NCBI GenBank assembly: GCA_040235395.1
Contig: JBECKS010000178.1
Span: forward strand, 1 to 59,229
Direction: 5' to 3'
Origin: Pseudomonadales bacterium
GTDB taxonomy: Bacteria; Pseudomonadota; Gammaproteobacteria; Pseudomonadales; JBECKS01
Length of the DNA stretch: 59,229 bases
Part shown: one piece after another, positions 37,159-47,063 of the stretch
Layout of the letters: the number at the start of each line of letters is the position of its first letter
Numbering within the stretch: position 1 is the first letter of the stretch
Notes under the pieces: model-generated
The model's input: only the letters and a program-made list of their open reading frames with translations
The model's database searches: none
Told to the model about the DNA's origin: nothing
Translations under genes and position numbers: made by a program

Positions 37159-38115
37159 TTACTGGGGAATCAGTTCGCGTAAGTGATTACTTACTGCTAT
37201 ATATGCGCCTAAGATTCCAGCCGCAAGACCAACCAGAGGAACAAATAGCAATTCCTCAGGACCCGTACCTTGCAGGCGAAAATCACTCTGATACAGGGTA
37301 GCAAGGGTTGCCACAGGACTCTGCAGAATGATGATCAGGCTTTCCGCAAGCACCAGAGCAATGATGCCGCCGCCCAAACCAAACCAGGCACCAGTATAAA
37401 GAAAGGGACGACGCACAAAGGCATCGGTTGCCCCCACCAGTTTTGTAATCAATATTTCATCGGTACGATTGGCAATAGCAAGCCTGATGGTATTGAAGAT
37501 TACCAGCAGCACCGCACCCGACAACGCAAGACCCAAAGCGTAAACAAAACGTTTGCCTAACTCGAGTATGGCATTCAGTCGAGCAATCCACGCCGTATCT
37601 ATAACCACTGCATCAACACCGGCGAGCTTTTCCAGTTTCTGACTTATGTTCTGGAATTCATCCACATCCTGACTTTTGGGTTGAAGCACAATGGCCGCTG
37701 GTAATGGGTTTTCGTCAAGGCTGGCAAGCACTTCCTCAAGACCGGAACTTTTTCTGAAATCCTCAAGCGCCTGTTCTGCGCTAATAAAACGGGTACGACT
37801 GAATTCGTTCCAGGTGGATAATTTCTCTTCAAGTTTTCGTGCCTGCTGTTCACTCAAATCACTTTCAAGAAAGATAGTGATGTTGTTCTGTTGATCCCAC
37901 GTGTGCAACAGGCTGTGAACATTGTTTAACAGCAGGTGCAAACTCGTTGGCAAAGCCAGTGATATGGCAATCACTAATGCAGTCAAAAAACTGGTCGCAC
38001 CGGAAGCACGAATTCGCTCAGCACTTAATCGCGCTTCCTGTTTGTGAACGCGCACAAGACTGCTAAGGCGATCTTTCGCTGAGCTTTGATGTCGCCTTAC
38101 CTCTTTCTTAGCCAA
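37159..38115 (-). CDS. ftsX: Cell division permease FtsX
   Basis: Motifs ENPLP, NTIRLAI and LVGATDAFVRRPFLY. Likely start is TTG 38115 with GGAGG upstream, overlapping the ftsE stop. Confidence 0.95.
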   Translation of the reverse strand: MAKKEVRRHQSSAKDRLSSLVRVHKQEARLSAERIRASGATSFLTALVIAISLALPTSLHLLLNNVHSLLHTWDQQNNITIFLESDLSEQQARKLEEKLSTWNEFSRTRFISAEQALEDFRKSSGLEEVLASLDENPLPAAIVLQPKSQDVDEFQNISQKLEKLAGVDAVVIDTAWIARLNAILELGKRFVYALGLALSGAVLLVIFNTIRLAIANRTDEILITKLVGATDAFVRRPFLYTGAWFGLGGGIIALVLAESLIIILQSPVATLATLYQSDFRLQGTGPEELLFVPLVGLAAGILGAYIAVSNHLRELIPQ

Positions 38116-38797
38116 GCGAGGCCTCCCCTTCAACATCCGCCATGCGAACCAGACGCCCGTCCTTCAGTGAAAGAAGGTGATGACGATATTGAGCAATCAG
38201 ACCGAGGTCATGAGTTGCAATCAATACGCATACACCAACCTGTGCAAATTGCTGAAACAGATCCATGATTTCTGCAGATAACTCAGGATCAAGGTTTCCT
38301 GTTGGCTCATCAGCCAACAAAACCAATGGCTTGTTAACCACAGCTCTTGCTATACCGACGCGTTGTTGTTCTCCACCAGATAGCGCCAGAGGAAACATTT
38401 TTTCCTTATGCAGTAAGCCCACCTTATCAAGAGCAGCTCGAACACGTTTGCCAATATCCGCCTGAGAATAACCGGAAATCTGCAAAGGGAGAGCCACGTT
38501 ATCAAAAACGCTACGATCAAAAAGTAGTTGGTGGTTTTGGAACACCACACCTAAATTTCTGCGATGGTGTGGAATATCTCGAAGTGAAACCCGACTCAGG
38601 TTTCTTCCATTAACCATGACCTGACCACGAGTTGCTTTTTCTGTGAGCATGATTAATTTCAGCAGGGTGCTCTTGCCAGCACCTGAATGTCCCGTCAGAA
38701 AAGTCAGCTCACCAGAATGCAGCTCAAAGCTAATGTTGCTGAGCGCATCACTTCCCGTATTGGGATATCGTTTGCTGACGTTCTCAAACTGAATCAT
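38108..38797 (-). CDS. ftsE: Cell division ATP-binding protein FtsE
   Basis: Motifs GHSGAGKST, LSGGEQQR and LADEPTGNLD. Confidence 0.96.
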   Translation of the reverse strand: MIQFENVSKRYPNTGSDALSNISFELHSGELTFLTGHSGAGKSTLLKLIMLTEKATRGQVMVNGRNLSRVSLRDIPHHRRNLGVVFQNHQLLFDRSVFDNVALPLQISGYSQADIGKRVRAALDKVGLLHKEKMFPLALSGGEQQRVGIARAVVNKPLVLLADEPTGNLDPELSAEIMDLFQQFAQVGVCVLIATHDLGLIAQYRHHLLSLKDGRLVRMADVEGEASLG

Positions 38798-38849
38798 TTT
38801 TTCTTATACCCTGAACCTAGCTGGAAAAAATCAATAAAAACAAGGATAC

Positions 38850-39917
38850 CTATTCTTTATCAAAAAGTGCATCCACAAACTGTTTTGCATCAAACGGTCG
38901 CAAATCATCAACTTTCTCACCAACGCCAATGTATTTGATAGGCACCTTACACTGTTCTGCAATAGCGAAGACAACACCTCCCTTGGCCGTGCCATCCAGT
39001 TTTGTGAGTACCAGAGAGTCAAGACCCACAGCTTCCTTAAACTGTTTAACCTGATTAACAGCGTTCTGACCTGTGCTGGCATCCAGTACCAGCATGACTT
39101 CATGAGGCGCGCTTTCATCCAGTTTTTTCAAAACACGTTTTACTTTGGAAAGCTCTTCCATCAAATTACTTTTGTTGTGCAAACGACCTGCCGTATCTGC
39201 AATGAGAATGTCCATGTTTCTTGAGCGAGCTGCCTGCATGGCATCAAAAATAACAGATGCACTATCTGCGCCTGTATGCTGGGCAACCACAGGCACATCG
39301 TTGCGTTCACCCCAAACCTGTAACTGTTCAACAGCTGCAGCACGAAAAGTATCACCTGCTGCCAACATCACCTGTTTGCCCTGACTTTGCAAACGCTTAC
39401 TCAGCTTTCCAATGGTTGTGGTCTTTCCAACACCATTCACCCCCACAACCATCAACACATAGGGTTTTGCCTTATCAAAATTCTCGAAGCTCTGGGGCGG
39501 TAATTGATTCTGCTCAAGAATACTTAACATCTCTTCCCGCAGTTTTTCATACAATGCATCAGCAAATAAGAGTTCCTGTCTGGCAACCTGTTCGGTTATG
39601 GAAGCCACTATCTTGCGGGTTGCATCAACACCCACATCAGCAAGCAAGAGCTGGGTTTCAATTTCTTCCAGTAACTCATCATCGATTTCCTTGCGCCCCA
39701 GTAGTAGATCACCCATCCCTTTGGTGAAATTTGCCCGCGTCTTACCAAGACCAACTTTAACTCTAGAGAAAAAACCCGCGCTCGCTTGTCCTGACGCGTT
39801 TTCCTCAGTAGCGGATTCTGAAACATTGACGGCTTCTGTCGAAGGCTCACCCGACTCTGGTTCTGATTTCGATTTCGCCTTGTCTTTATCTTCTGATTTT
39901 TTCCCGAACCCTAACAT
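38850..39917 (-). CDS. ftsY: SRP receptor FtsY
   Basis: Motifs GVNGVGKTT, DTFRAAA, DTAGR and TKLDGTAKGG. Start moved to ATG 39917. Confidence 0.97.
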   Translation of the reverse strand: MLGFGKKSEDKDKAKSKSEPESGEPSTEAVNVSESATEENASGQASAGFFSRVKVGLGKTRANFTKGMGDLLLGRKEIDDELLEEIETQLLLADVGVDATRKIVASITEQVARQELLFADALYEKLREEMLSILEQNQLPPQSFENFDKAKPYVLMVVGVNGVGKTTTIGKLSKRLQSQGKQVMLAAGDTFRAAAVEQLQVWGERNDVPVVAQHTGADSASVIFDAMQAARSRNMDILIADTAGRLHNKSNLMEELSKVKRVLKKLDESAPHEVMLVLDASTGQNAVNQVKQFKEAVGLDSLVLTKLDGTAKGGVVFAIAEQCKVPIKYIGVGEKVDDLRPFDAKQFVDALFDKE

Positions 39918-40028
39918 GCTCGAACTTACTCCATAATGGCTGGAAACAGCTGTAACCAAACAGCCTTGTATCGCGGGCTATGCTACCATTCCTCACTCAT
40001 TAAAGGTACATGATGCTAGGCATTGCCC

Positions 40029-40610
40029 ATGACCACCAACAAACAAAAAAGAAACAGGGTTCGCATTATCGCCGGCGAATGGCGAGGTCGATATATCGAG
40101 TTTCCCGACATTGAAGGCTTAAGGCCTAGTAGTGACCGTGTAAAGGAAACACTGTTTAACTGGTTAGCACCATTTATAGAAGGCTGCACTGCACTCGATT
40201 TATTTGCGGGCAGCGGTGCACTAGGCATCGAAGCCTTATCAAGGGGTGCAAAATCTGTCTGCTTTGTTGAAAAAAACCGAACAGCGTACGCAGCCATTAT
40301 TCAGAATCTGGAAAAATTAAACGCGGGAAATACAGAAACCGTTAACGAGGATGCTTTCAGTTTTCTTGAGAAACAAAAACTAAAAACCTTTGACCTGATT
40401 TTCCTGGATCCACCCTATGCTTTAGTAGAACCTTTAGAACTTATAAATCTATTGAATGAAAAGCTATCCGGGACAAAGGAGTGTCGTTTCTTTTATGAAC
40501 ATAAAAACGCAATAGATTCAGATTTACTACCAAATAACTGGCACCTACTGAAACAGAAAAAAGCAGGGCAAGTCTATTACCACTTATTGCTTTTCAAAGC
40601 TGCTAACTAA
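40029..40610 (+). CDS. rsmD: 16S rRNA m2G966 methyltransferase
   Basis: Motifs RIIAGEWRGR, LRPSSDRVKETLFNWL, DLFAGSG and DPPY. Confidence 0.96.
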   Translation: MTTNKQKRNRVRIIAGEWRGRYIEFPDIEGLRPSSDRVKETLFNWLAPFIEGCTALDLFAGSGALGIEALSRGAKSVCFVEKNRTAYAAIIQNLEKLNAGNTETVNEDAFSFLEKQKLKTFDLIFLDPPYALVEPLELINLLNEKLSGTKECRFFYEHKNAIDSDLLPNNWHLLKQKKAGQVYYHLLLFKAAN

Positions 40611-40627
40611 AGCGAGTAAGTGTTTTT

Positions 40628-43183
40628 TCAGGCAAAACTTGCTGAAGATGAATCAGAACCTGCACCCAGTGGCTTAAGGTTAACAAGCAGCACTGGCAAC
40701 AATGTTAGGTTTGCAATCAAGGCCACAAACATCGCCAAACCCGTGAGCATTCCAAAATGCACTGTCGGCATGAAATTGGAAGCGGTAAGAATTGAAAATC
40801 CAAAAATAATTGTCAGTGATGTGTAATAAAGCGCCATACCAATTGAACGGTGACTGCGTTTCATGGATTCAATATAGCTTGAATCTTTTTCAAACTCTTC
40901 CTTGAAGCGATGTACATAATGAATCGTGTCATCGACACCGATACCTATTGTGATTGCAGCAACCGTGATGGTCATTAAATCAAGTGGCAATCCAATCAGG
41001 CCCATCAAACCAATAATGACCGCTGCAGCAAACATATTAGGAATGATAGCTACCAAAGCTACCTTTAATGATCTGAACAGAATGACAAACATACCCAGAA
41101 TACCCAGAAACACCACGCCCAAGGTACTGAACTGTGATTCAAAAAGACTTTGCAACATGTTGTTATACAGAACCACAAAACTGGAAGGTCTTACTTGTTT
41201 AGGTTCTAGGCCAAATTTTTCAACTAAATCGCTTTTGATTTGTTTTAACAATGCGCTTCTTTCCAGATTTTTTTGCGAGTCTATTACGCGAATACTGAAA
41301 CGCACCTGATTACCATCGTCAGACATGTATGGATTCATCATAAGTTCTTTTAAATCATCGGGAACGAAGCTGTGCAGTAATTGTAACTTCAATGAATCAA
41401 AAGGTTGGTCATGATTAATACGAACGACCGCTTTATACGTTGAAGCAATCGATAAGACCTGCCCTGTTTCAGGCAAGGACTCAAGATAATCATGAATGTT
41501 TACCAAGAGATCGAGTTTACTTGGCGTAAACCAGTAACTATCTGCTAGAGGGTTTGAGTCTCCCTCCGAAGCTTCAAATTCTTCAAACTCAGCAAAATCG
41601 TCAAAGTCATCGTCGCTCATACTTTCTTCAGCAGCTTTTTCATCAAAGAAGGACTGTGGTGCATCGATGATAATATCGAGAGGTGTTGTTCCACCAAGCT
41701 TGGTATCGATTTCCAACATGCCTTGATAGATTTCTGTATGTGAGTGGAAGTAATCAATAAAACGATTTTCTACTGTTAAACGTGTAAACCCATAAGCAGC
41801 AAGCAAGGCGACAATAGTGGTCGCAATAATCACGCCTTTTCCATTCTTTTCACAAAATCTGGCCAAGGTGCTGGTTAGAACGGAATTTACCCTTGCTTCA
41901 TATTGATTTTTTTTCACCGGTATCAACATCAACACGGCGGGAAAAACAACAAAACAAACTACCATCGACAAGCCAATACCCAGGGTCATTACTTTTCCAA
42001 AACTTTCTACAGGAACAATGCCGCTCATGGTTAAGGATGTAAATGCCGCCATTGTTGTCAGCGAAGTGTAAAGACAGGGGCTGAACATGGCTCTGGTTGT
42101 ATTTGCAACGAGAAATGCCTGTGACTCGTCAGGGTAGCTAAATACAAGCTCACGGTATCTAACAACCAAATGAATTACAATTGACATGGCAATAATCAGC
42201 AAAAGCGCAACAAAGTTTGAGGAAATAGGATTCACGCGCCAATCAAGCGCGCCCATTAAACCAACCATGGCAATGGTTGAAACTGTGCAGCATAAAACTG
42301 GAATCACTACCCAGCGTAATTGTCTGAAAAAAACTGCAAGCGCAATAATCAGAAAAATAACAACGCCAATGGAAAATTTTGAAAGATCGTTCTTGATAAA
42401 AGAAAGCGCGTCAACAACGACCATGGAAGCTCCGCCAAGAAACATTCGAACATCATCACCATCTCGGTGTTTATTCATCACATCACGCACTTCCTGAATT
42501 CTGTCTGCGCTACGTTTATTAGCGACGGTTTTATATTCGTTATACTTATGATTCGCTTTTATTAATTCTATTTTTTCTTTGGGCGTTAATCTGGATTCCA
42601 GCTCCTTTATTTTTAAATTATCTCTGGCTTTTCTTAATTCATTCCATTTCTCATCGCCTTCAAGCATGATGAGAATTGCTGTCGTAAGCTGATCCTCACT
42701 CACGAAAGCATTTTTATAAAAAGGGTTGCTCTGGAACTCTTGTTTAGCCAGCTCTATATCGACATTGCCTTCCTCAATGGTTTTCATACCACCCTGAATG
42801 TCAGACAAACTTACTGTAGGGCTAAAAAGTAATGGCATGTTCAGGATTGAACGAACTTCTTTAACGCCTTCAATGGATTTAATATCGCTGCTAAGACTTT
42901 CCAGCTTTTCGAGTGAAGAGGAGCTAAATAGATCTTCACTTAAAGGCGTATAGGCGATGATTAATAAATCACCCCCTATCCCACCTGAATATTTTTGTGC
43001 CATCTTCTGCGTAAATAGAAGATCCGGATCGTTCTGCAATAAGAAAGAGTCTGCAGATACATCGCTTTTGAATTTAGGTAATTGCAAGGCAAAGAAAATA
43101 AAAATAATGCCGAAGACAACTAGGGTCTTTTTAGCGTTTTCTATGACAAGATGTTGGTAAAGCTTGATAACACGTTCTTTCAT
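40628..43183 (-). CDS. MMPL/RND superfamily transporter (putative lipid exporter)
   Basis: Two repeats of one transmembrane helix, a large periplasmic domain and five more helices; motifs 'GIGVDDTIH', 'GGTTPLDII' and 'ANLTLLPVLL'. Confidence 0.88.
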   Translation of the reverse strand: MKERVIKLYQHLVIENAKKTLVVFGIIFIFFALQLPKFKSDVSADSFLLQNDPDLLFTQKMAQKYSGGIGGDLLIIAYTPLSEDLFSSSSLEKLESLSSDIKSIEGVKEVRSILNMPLLFSPTVSLSDIQGGMKTIEEGNVDIELAKQEFQSNPFYKNAFVSEDQLTTAILIMLEGDEKWNELRKARDNLKIKELESRLTPKEKIELIKANHKYNEYKTVANKRSADRIQEVRDVMNKHRDGDDVRMFLGGASMVVVDALSFIKNDLSKFSIGVVIFLIIALAVFFRQLRWVVIPVLCCTVSTIAMVGLMGALDWRVNPISSNFVALLLIIAMSIVIHLVVRYRELVFSYPDESQAFLVANTTRAMFSPCLYTSLTTMAAFTSLTMSGIVPVESFGKVMTLGIGLSMVVCFVVFPAVLMLIPVKKNQYEARVNSVLTSTLARFCEKNGKGVIIATTIVALLAAYGFTRLTVENRFIDYFHSHTEIYQGMLEIDTKLGGTTPLDIIIDAPQSFFDEKAAEESMSDDDFDDFAEFEEFEASEGDSNPLADSYWFTPSKLDLLVNIHDYLESLPETGQVLSIASTYKAVVRINHDQPFDSLKLQLLHSFVPDDLKELMMNPYMSDDGNQVRFSIRVIDSQKNLERSALLKQIKSDLVEKFGLEPKQVRPSSFVVLYNNMLQSLFESQFSTLGVVFLGILGMFVILFRSLKVALVAIIPNMFAAAVIIGLMGLIGLPLDLMTITVAAITIGIGVDDTIHYVHRFKEEFEKDSSYIESMKRSHRSIGMALYYTSLTIIFGFSILTASNFMPTVHFGMLTGLAMFVALIANLTLLPVLLVNLKPLGAGSDSSSASFA

Positions 43184-43412
43184 ATGGGCCTTCTAAGTCT
43201 CTGTGATGACAAGAAGCATCGTACTGTTTTTATTTTTTTGTTCTTTTACGGTATTGAGCAAGGCTTGCAACAAGGAGTGGCTGCTCGGTTGGTCATCATA
43301 AACCACTTTTACCCCAGCACTAAATGCTTTCTGTTGGCCATTTACGTCATGTCTTGAGTGCTTGTGTTGATTTAGCTACCATCAAGTCTGTTTTATCTGA
43401 CGAGCATCGTTT

Positions 43413-43895
43413 ATGACTACAAAAGCCCTTTATCCAGGTACCTTTGATCCTATCACTAGCGGGCATGTCGATATCACCGAACGTGCTTCCAAACTCTTTG
43501 ACAGTGTTGTTATTGCCATTGCTTCAAGCGAAAAGAAATCACCATTATTCTCTCTTGAAGAACGCATTGACCTTACCCGTCAATCCCTTTCACATCTGAA
43601 CAACGTGGAAGTCATCGGCTTTAACATTCTGCTGACACAAGTAGCTCAGGAGCAGAATGCCAACATCATCATTCGTGGTATCAGAAGTGTTACTGACTTT
43701 GAATATGAATTCCAATTAGCTTATATGAATCGAAAACTATCTGGTAAAGTGGAAACCGTTTTTCTCACCCCTTCTGAAAGCCTAACTTATGTGTCTTCAA
43801 GCCTGATTAGGGAAATAGCTTCACTTGGCGGCGATATCACTCCCTTTGTGACACAGCCTGTTGCAAACGCGCTTAAAAAGAAATTTACAAAATAA
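43413..43895 (+). CDS. coaD: Phosphopantetheine adenylyltransferase
   Basis: Motifs [21 protein letters not shown] and SSSLIRE. Confidence 0.97.
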   Translation: MTTKALYPGTFDPITSGHVDITERASKLFDSVVIAIASSEKKSPLFSLEERIDLTRQSLSHLNNVEVIGFNILLTQVAQEQNANIIIRGIRSVTDFEYEFQLAYMNRKLSGKVETVFLTPSESLTYVSSSLIREIASLGGDITPFVTQPVANALKKKFTK

Positions 43896-43909
43896 AAAGA
43901 GACGTAAAT

Positions 43910-43935
43910 AAAAAAGGCAGGTTACCCTGCCTTTT
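43910..43935. terminator. Bidirectional intrinsic terminator
   Basis: AAAAAAGGCAGG-ttac-CCTGCCTTTT between convergent genes. Confidence 0.85.
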
Positions 43936-43962
43936 AAAGAATGATCTTTTTATAGAGGCTTT

Positions 43963-44346
43963 TTAGTCAACATCCTGATGTCCGCCAAAGGCAACCGCGT
44001 TAGTATTTGTGCAACCCAGGCATCTCAGGAAAGTAGCATGGAAAGGTTCAACAACAAGTACTTGACCCGCCTGTCCAGCATTCCCACCAAGCAATGAGAA
44101 TGGAAGCGTTACCAAATATATTCCAGCGCCCAAAATGGTAGCACCAGCCATCACAGGCCTTACCATAACATCTGCAACCATGGCCGCGGGTGTTGGTGGC
44201 TCGTCTATACGTCCAGCATGACTCAGGCCAGGAATCATCAATATCGCACACAAACCTGTGGCTAGGCCCAATTTCTTCAAGCTGGAAAAAAGTGTCTTCA
44301 GGGCAACAGAGGAAAAGAATCCAGATTTATTCATGATGTTATCCAC
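43963..44346 (-). CDS. Conserved small exported/membrane protein of unknown function
   Basis: Signal-like N-terminus, 'MVADVMVRP', 'TLPFSLLGG' and C-terminal 'FLRCLGC'; resembles the small protein found near mutM in pseudomonads. Confidence 0.75.
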   Translation of the reverse strand: MDNIMNKSGFFSSVALKTLFSSLKKLGLATGLCAILMIPGLSHAGRIDEPPTPAAMVADVMVRPVMAGATILGAGIYLVTLPFSLLGGNAGQAGQVLVVEPFHATFLRCLGCTNTNAVAFGGHQDVD

Positions 44347-44613
44347 TCTCGTTATCGCTTTATTTGTTCTACCCCGCCTGATATCTCAAGCTAATGGGTG
44401 GTTCTTTATTCTTATTGAAGCTCATTACTCCAGCCTGATAATTGTAAGCTCGGTATCAAAGTACGCTTTCCATCTCAGGTTGGGCACACCGGACTTAAAG
44501 TAGTTTTTTCACTTCCTTCTATAAGTCCTTAATAATTCAGCATTCTACCCCGTGAATTGACGCTTCGCAAAGCGAAAAGTGTTCAATATTTAGGCAAACA
44601 GGCAAATTTTTGC

Positions 44614-45429
44614 TTATTTCTGGCATTTCGAGCAATAAAACGTCGCTCGTTTGTTGATTTGAAGCACCTTCAATGCCTGGCCGCATTGAAAACAAGGTTC
44701 ATCTCCCCTGCCATAAACCTTTAGTGATTGAACAAAATACCCTGGTTTTCCATCAGGTTTTTCAAAATCCTTCAGGGTGCTTCCCCCTTGTTCAATTGCC
44801 CTGCTCAATACCGTCTTGATTTCCTGGACCAGCCTCTCCGCCTGTTTCCTGCTTAAGCTTCCTGCAGCACGCCGAGGTCGTATACCTGCAGCAAACAAGG
44901 CTTCATTGGCATAAATATTACCAACGCCCACCACCACAGACGCATTCATAATAAACTGCTTAATAGACTGCTTACGCTTTTTTAAACATTGATAAAACGT
45001 CTCTGCATTGAAATCTTCAGACAGTGGCTCAGGCCCCAGATGCTCAAGCAAGGGATGCTCTTCTGGCTTTTCACCCAGCCAGAGTATTGCTCCAAAACGT
45101 CTTGGATCCCTGAAGCGCAATACCAAACCATTTTTAAATTGAATATCAACATGATCATGTTTCTGCGGTGGCGTCGACTTTTCCAAGACCCTTAGCGATC
45201 CAGACATGCCTAAGTGAATAGCAAGTGTTCCCGTAGAAAAATGAATCAACGCGTACTTTCCTCGTCGCGTTACAGACAATACTTGTTTATTCAGTAATTT
45301 ATCAGCAAGATTTTTTTCGATAGGCCAACGCAAACGATGTTCACGAATTTCCAGAGATTTTATGAAACGTTTTTCAATATGAGGGCGAATGCCCGCGCAG
45401 GTAGTTTCAACTTCTGGTAGTTCAGGCAT
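44614..45429 (-). CDS. mutM: Formamidopyrimidine-DNA glycosylase
   Basis: MPELPEVE start, HLGMSG, GVGNIYA and a C-terminal zinc finger. Confidence 0.97.
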   Translation of the reverse strand: MPELPEVETTCAGIRPHIEKRFIKSLEIREHRLRWPIEKNLADKLLNKQVLSVTRRGKYALIHFSTGTLAIHLGMSGSLRVLEKSTPPQKHDHVDIQFKNGLVLRFRDPRRFGAILWLGEKPEEHPLLEHLGPEPLSEDFNAETFYQCLKKRKQSIKQFIMNASVVVGVGNIYANEALFAAGIRPRRAAGSLSRKQAERLVQEIKTVLSRAIEQGGSTLKDFEKPDGKPGYFVQSLKVYGRGDEPCFQCGQALKVLQINKRATFYCSKCQK

Positions 45430-45606
45430 AGCCACATCCAGTAAACATCAACAATATGCTGCTATTACAGCATGAAACCAGCCATTGAAAAATGAAAAAA
45501 CAGGAAAATGTAGATGAAAATAGAGATAGAGAAGGAAAAAAGAGGAGAGATCGTTCCGAGCAAGCCCAAGCCAAAGCGCTCAGGCTATTTCAGTTGAAGA
45601 CAAAGC

Positions 45607-45762
45607 TTATTTGATTTTAGCTTCTTTATAGATGACGTGTTTGCGAACCACTGGATCATACTTCTTAATCTCCATTTTTTCAGTCATGGTTCGTTTGTTT
45701 TTTGTGGTGGTGTAGTAATGTCCGGTGTTCGCGGATGAAACCAGTTTAATCTTGTCTCTCAT
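45607..45762 (-). CDS. rpmG: 50S ribosomal protein L33 (not in the ORF track, 51 aa)
   Basis: Manual translation: [51 protein letters not shown]. Confidence 0.96.
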   Translation of the reverse strand: MRDKIKLVSSANTGHYYTTTKNKRTMTEKMEIKKYDPVVRKHVIYKEAKIK

Positions 45763-45798
45763 GGGATTACCTTAACTTTTTACTTAATTAGGGTTTGC

Positions 45799-46035
45799 TT
45801 ATATTTTTTGACCCTGTGCTCTTAAATCTTTCAGCACAGCATCAATACCTTTCTTATCAATAATGCGCATTCCTTTTGAGGAAATTCTCAGGCGCACAAA
45901 ACGATTCTCACTTTGAACCCAGAAGCGATGATGGTGCAAATTCGGCTCAAAACGACGACGGGTCTTGTTATGCGCGTGTGAAACATTGTTTCCAGTAATA
46001 GGGCGCTTCCCCGTTACCTGACATACTTTTGACAT
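45799..46035 (-). CDS. rpmB: 50S ribosomal protein L28
   Basis: [10 protein letters not shown]...[18 protein letters not shown]. Confidence 0.98.
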   Translation of the reverse strand: MSKVCQVTGKRPITGNNVSHAHNKTRRRFEPNLHHHRFWVQSENRFVRLRISSKGMRIIDKKGIDAVLKDLRAQGQKI

Positions 46036-46154
46036 CTCGGTCTCTACTCCAAAAAAATTATGAATCGCTGTGATATTAATCTCTGTCTAATAAATAAGCC
46101 TACAGATTAATCAGCATCCGTAGCCCTACAAATGGGCTATCTCGAGGGCTGAGC

Positions 46155-46183
46155 TTTATATCAAAAAGCCCTGACAAGCTCAA
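46155..46183 (-). promoter_or_regulatory. Candidate sigma-70 promoter for rpmBG with a GC-rich discriminator
   Basis: The minus strand reads TTGAGC-N17-TATAAA followed by GCTCAGCCCTCG. Confidence 0.55.
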
Positions 46184-46223
46184 GGGGTTTCCGTGCTTAT
46201 GCCTGCCTTTTCAAGCTGTGTAG

Positions 46224-46898
46224 CTAGATAAGCCCCCTTTCAGCAAAGGAAACCTCTTCCACATCGCCTACCACGACATGATCAAGCACTTTAACGTCAA
46301 TCAGCGATAGCGCCTGAATAAGGGTCTTGGTTATCTGGCGATCGGCAAGACTCGGTTCAGCATGTCCTGATGGATGGTTGTGGGCAAAAATCACGGCAGC
46401 AGATTTCAATTCGATTGCCCGAGACACCACCTGTCTGGGGTAAACAGCCGCACCATCAATGGTTCCATAAAACAACTCTTCATATTTAAGCACCCTGTTC
46501 TGTGCATCAAGAAAAAGACAGGCAAAAACTTCCTGACCCCTATGCCTTAGTTTTGACCGAAGAAAGAGACGCGTTTCCCTACTACTCGTCAATGATGTTT
46601 CATTTCGGATTCCTTGTTCCAGATAGCGCCTGCCAAGCTCCAGACAGGCTTGTAACAAACTGTAGGTAACAGGACCCATACCTTTATGTTGGCACATGGA
46701 TTCTGCACTCAAATCCATTACTTGCCTCAGACCACCATGCTCACTTATTAGCTCCCTTCCAAGCCCAACAGCTGACTTTCCTGCTGAGCCATTCCTGATC
46801 AGGATGGCGAGCAATTCTGCATCCGATAATGATTGTGCGCCAAGATGCATCAGCTTCTCTCTTGGGCGTTCTTTTTCTGGCCACTGTTTAATTGTCAT
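46224..46898 (-). CDS. radC: RadC/YicR JAB-domain protein
   Basis: Motifs RPREKL, LSDAELLA, AHNHPSG, SLAD and LDH. Confidence 0.95.
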   Translation of the reverse strand: MTIKQWPEKERPREKLMHLGAQSLSDAELLAILIRNGSAGKSAVGLGRELISEHGGLRQVMDLSAESMCQHKGMGPVTYSLLQACLELGRRYLEQGIRNETSLTSSRETRLFLRSKLRHRGQEVFACLFLDAQNRVLKYEELFYGTIDGAAVYPRQVVSRAIELKSAAVIFAHNHPSGHAEPSLADRQITKTLIQALSLIDVKVLDHVVVGDVEEVSFAERGLI

Positions 46899-47063
46899 GC
46901 TGCTTCTCCTTGCGCTTTTCAGGTGGCCTCCCTAGCGCTGGTCTTATGCCAATACCCCTTGGATTTTGCAAGTAAATTAACTTAAAAAAATAAAAAAGCA
47001 GTGGTATGGTTAGCCTTTCCCATATGTAATAACTCACTAACTCATCTGGCAGCTCTAAGGCCC

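Noticed and set aside
44258-44503. 81-aa plus-strand ORF, and the 68-aa ORF at 43151-43357
   Set aside because: Both overlap the starts of better-supported genes on the opposite strand and show no recognisable features.
46224-46898. radC as a marker of a mobile element or defence island
   Set aside because: It is a full-length chromosomal type in its usual position between coaBC and rpmB, with no mobile genes nearby.
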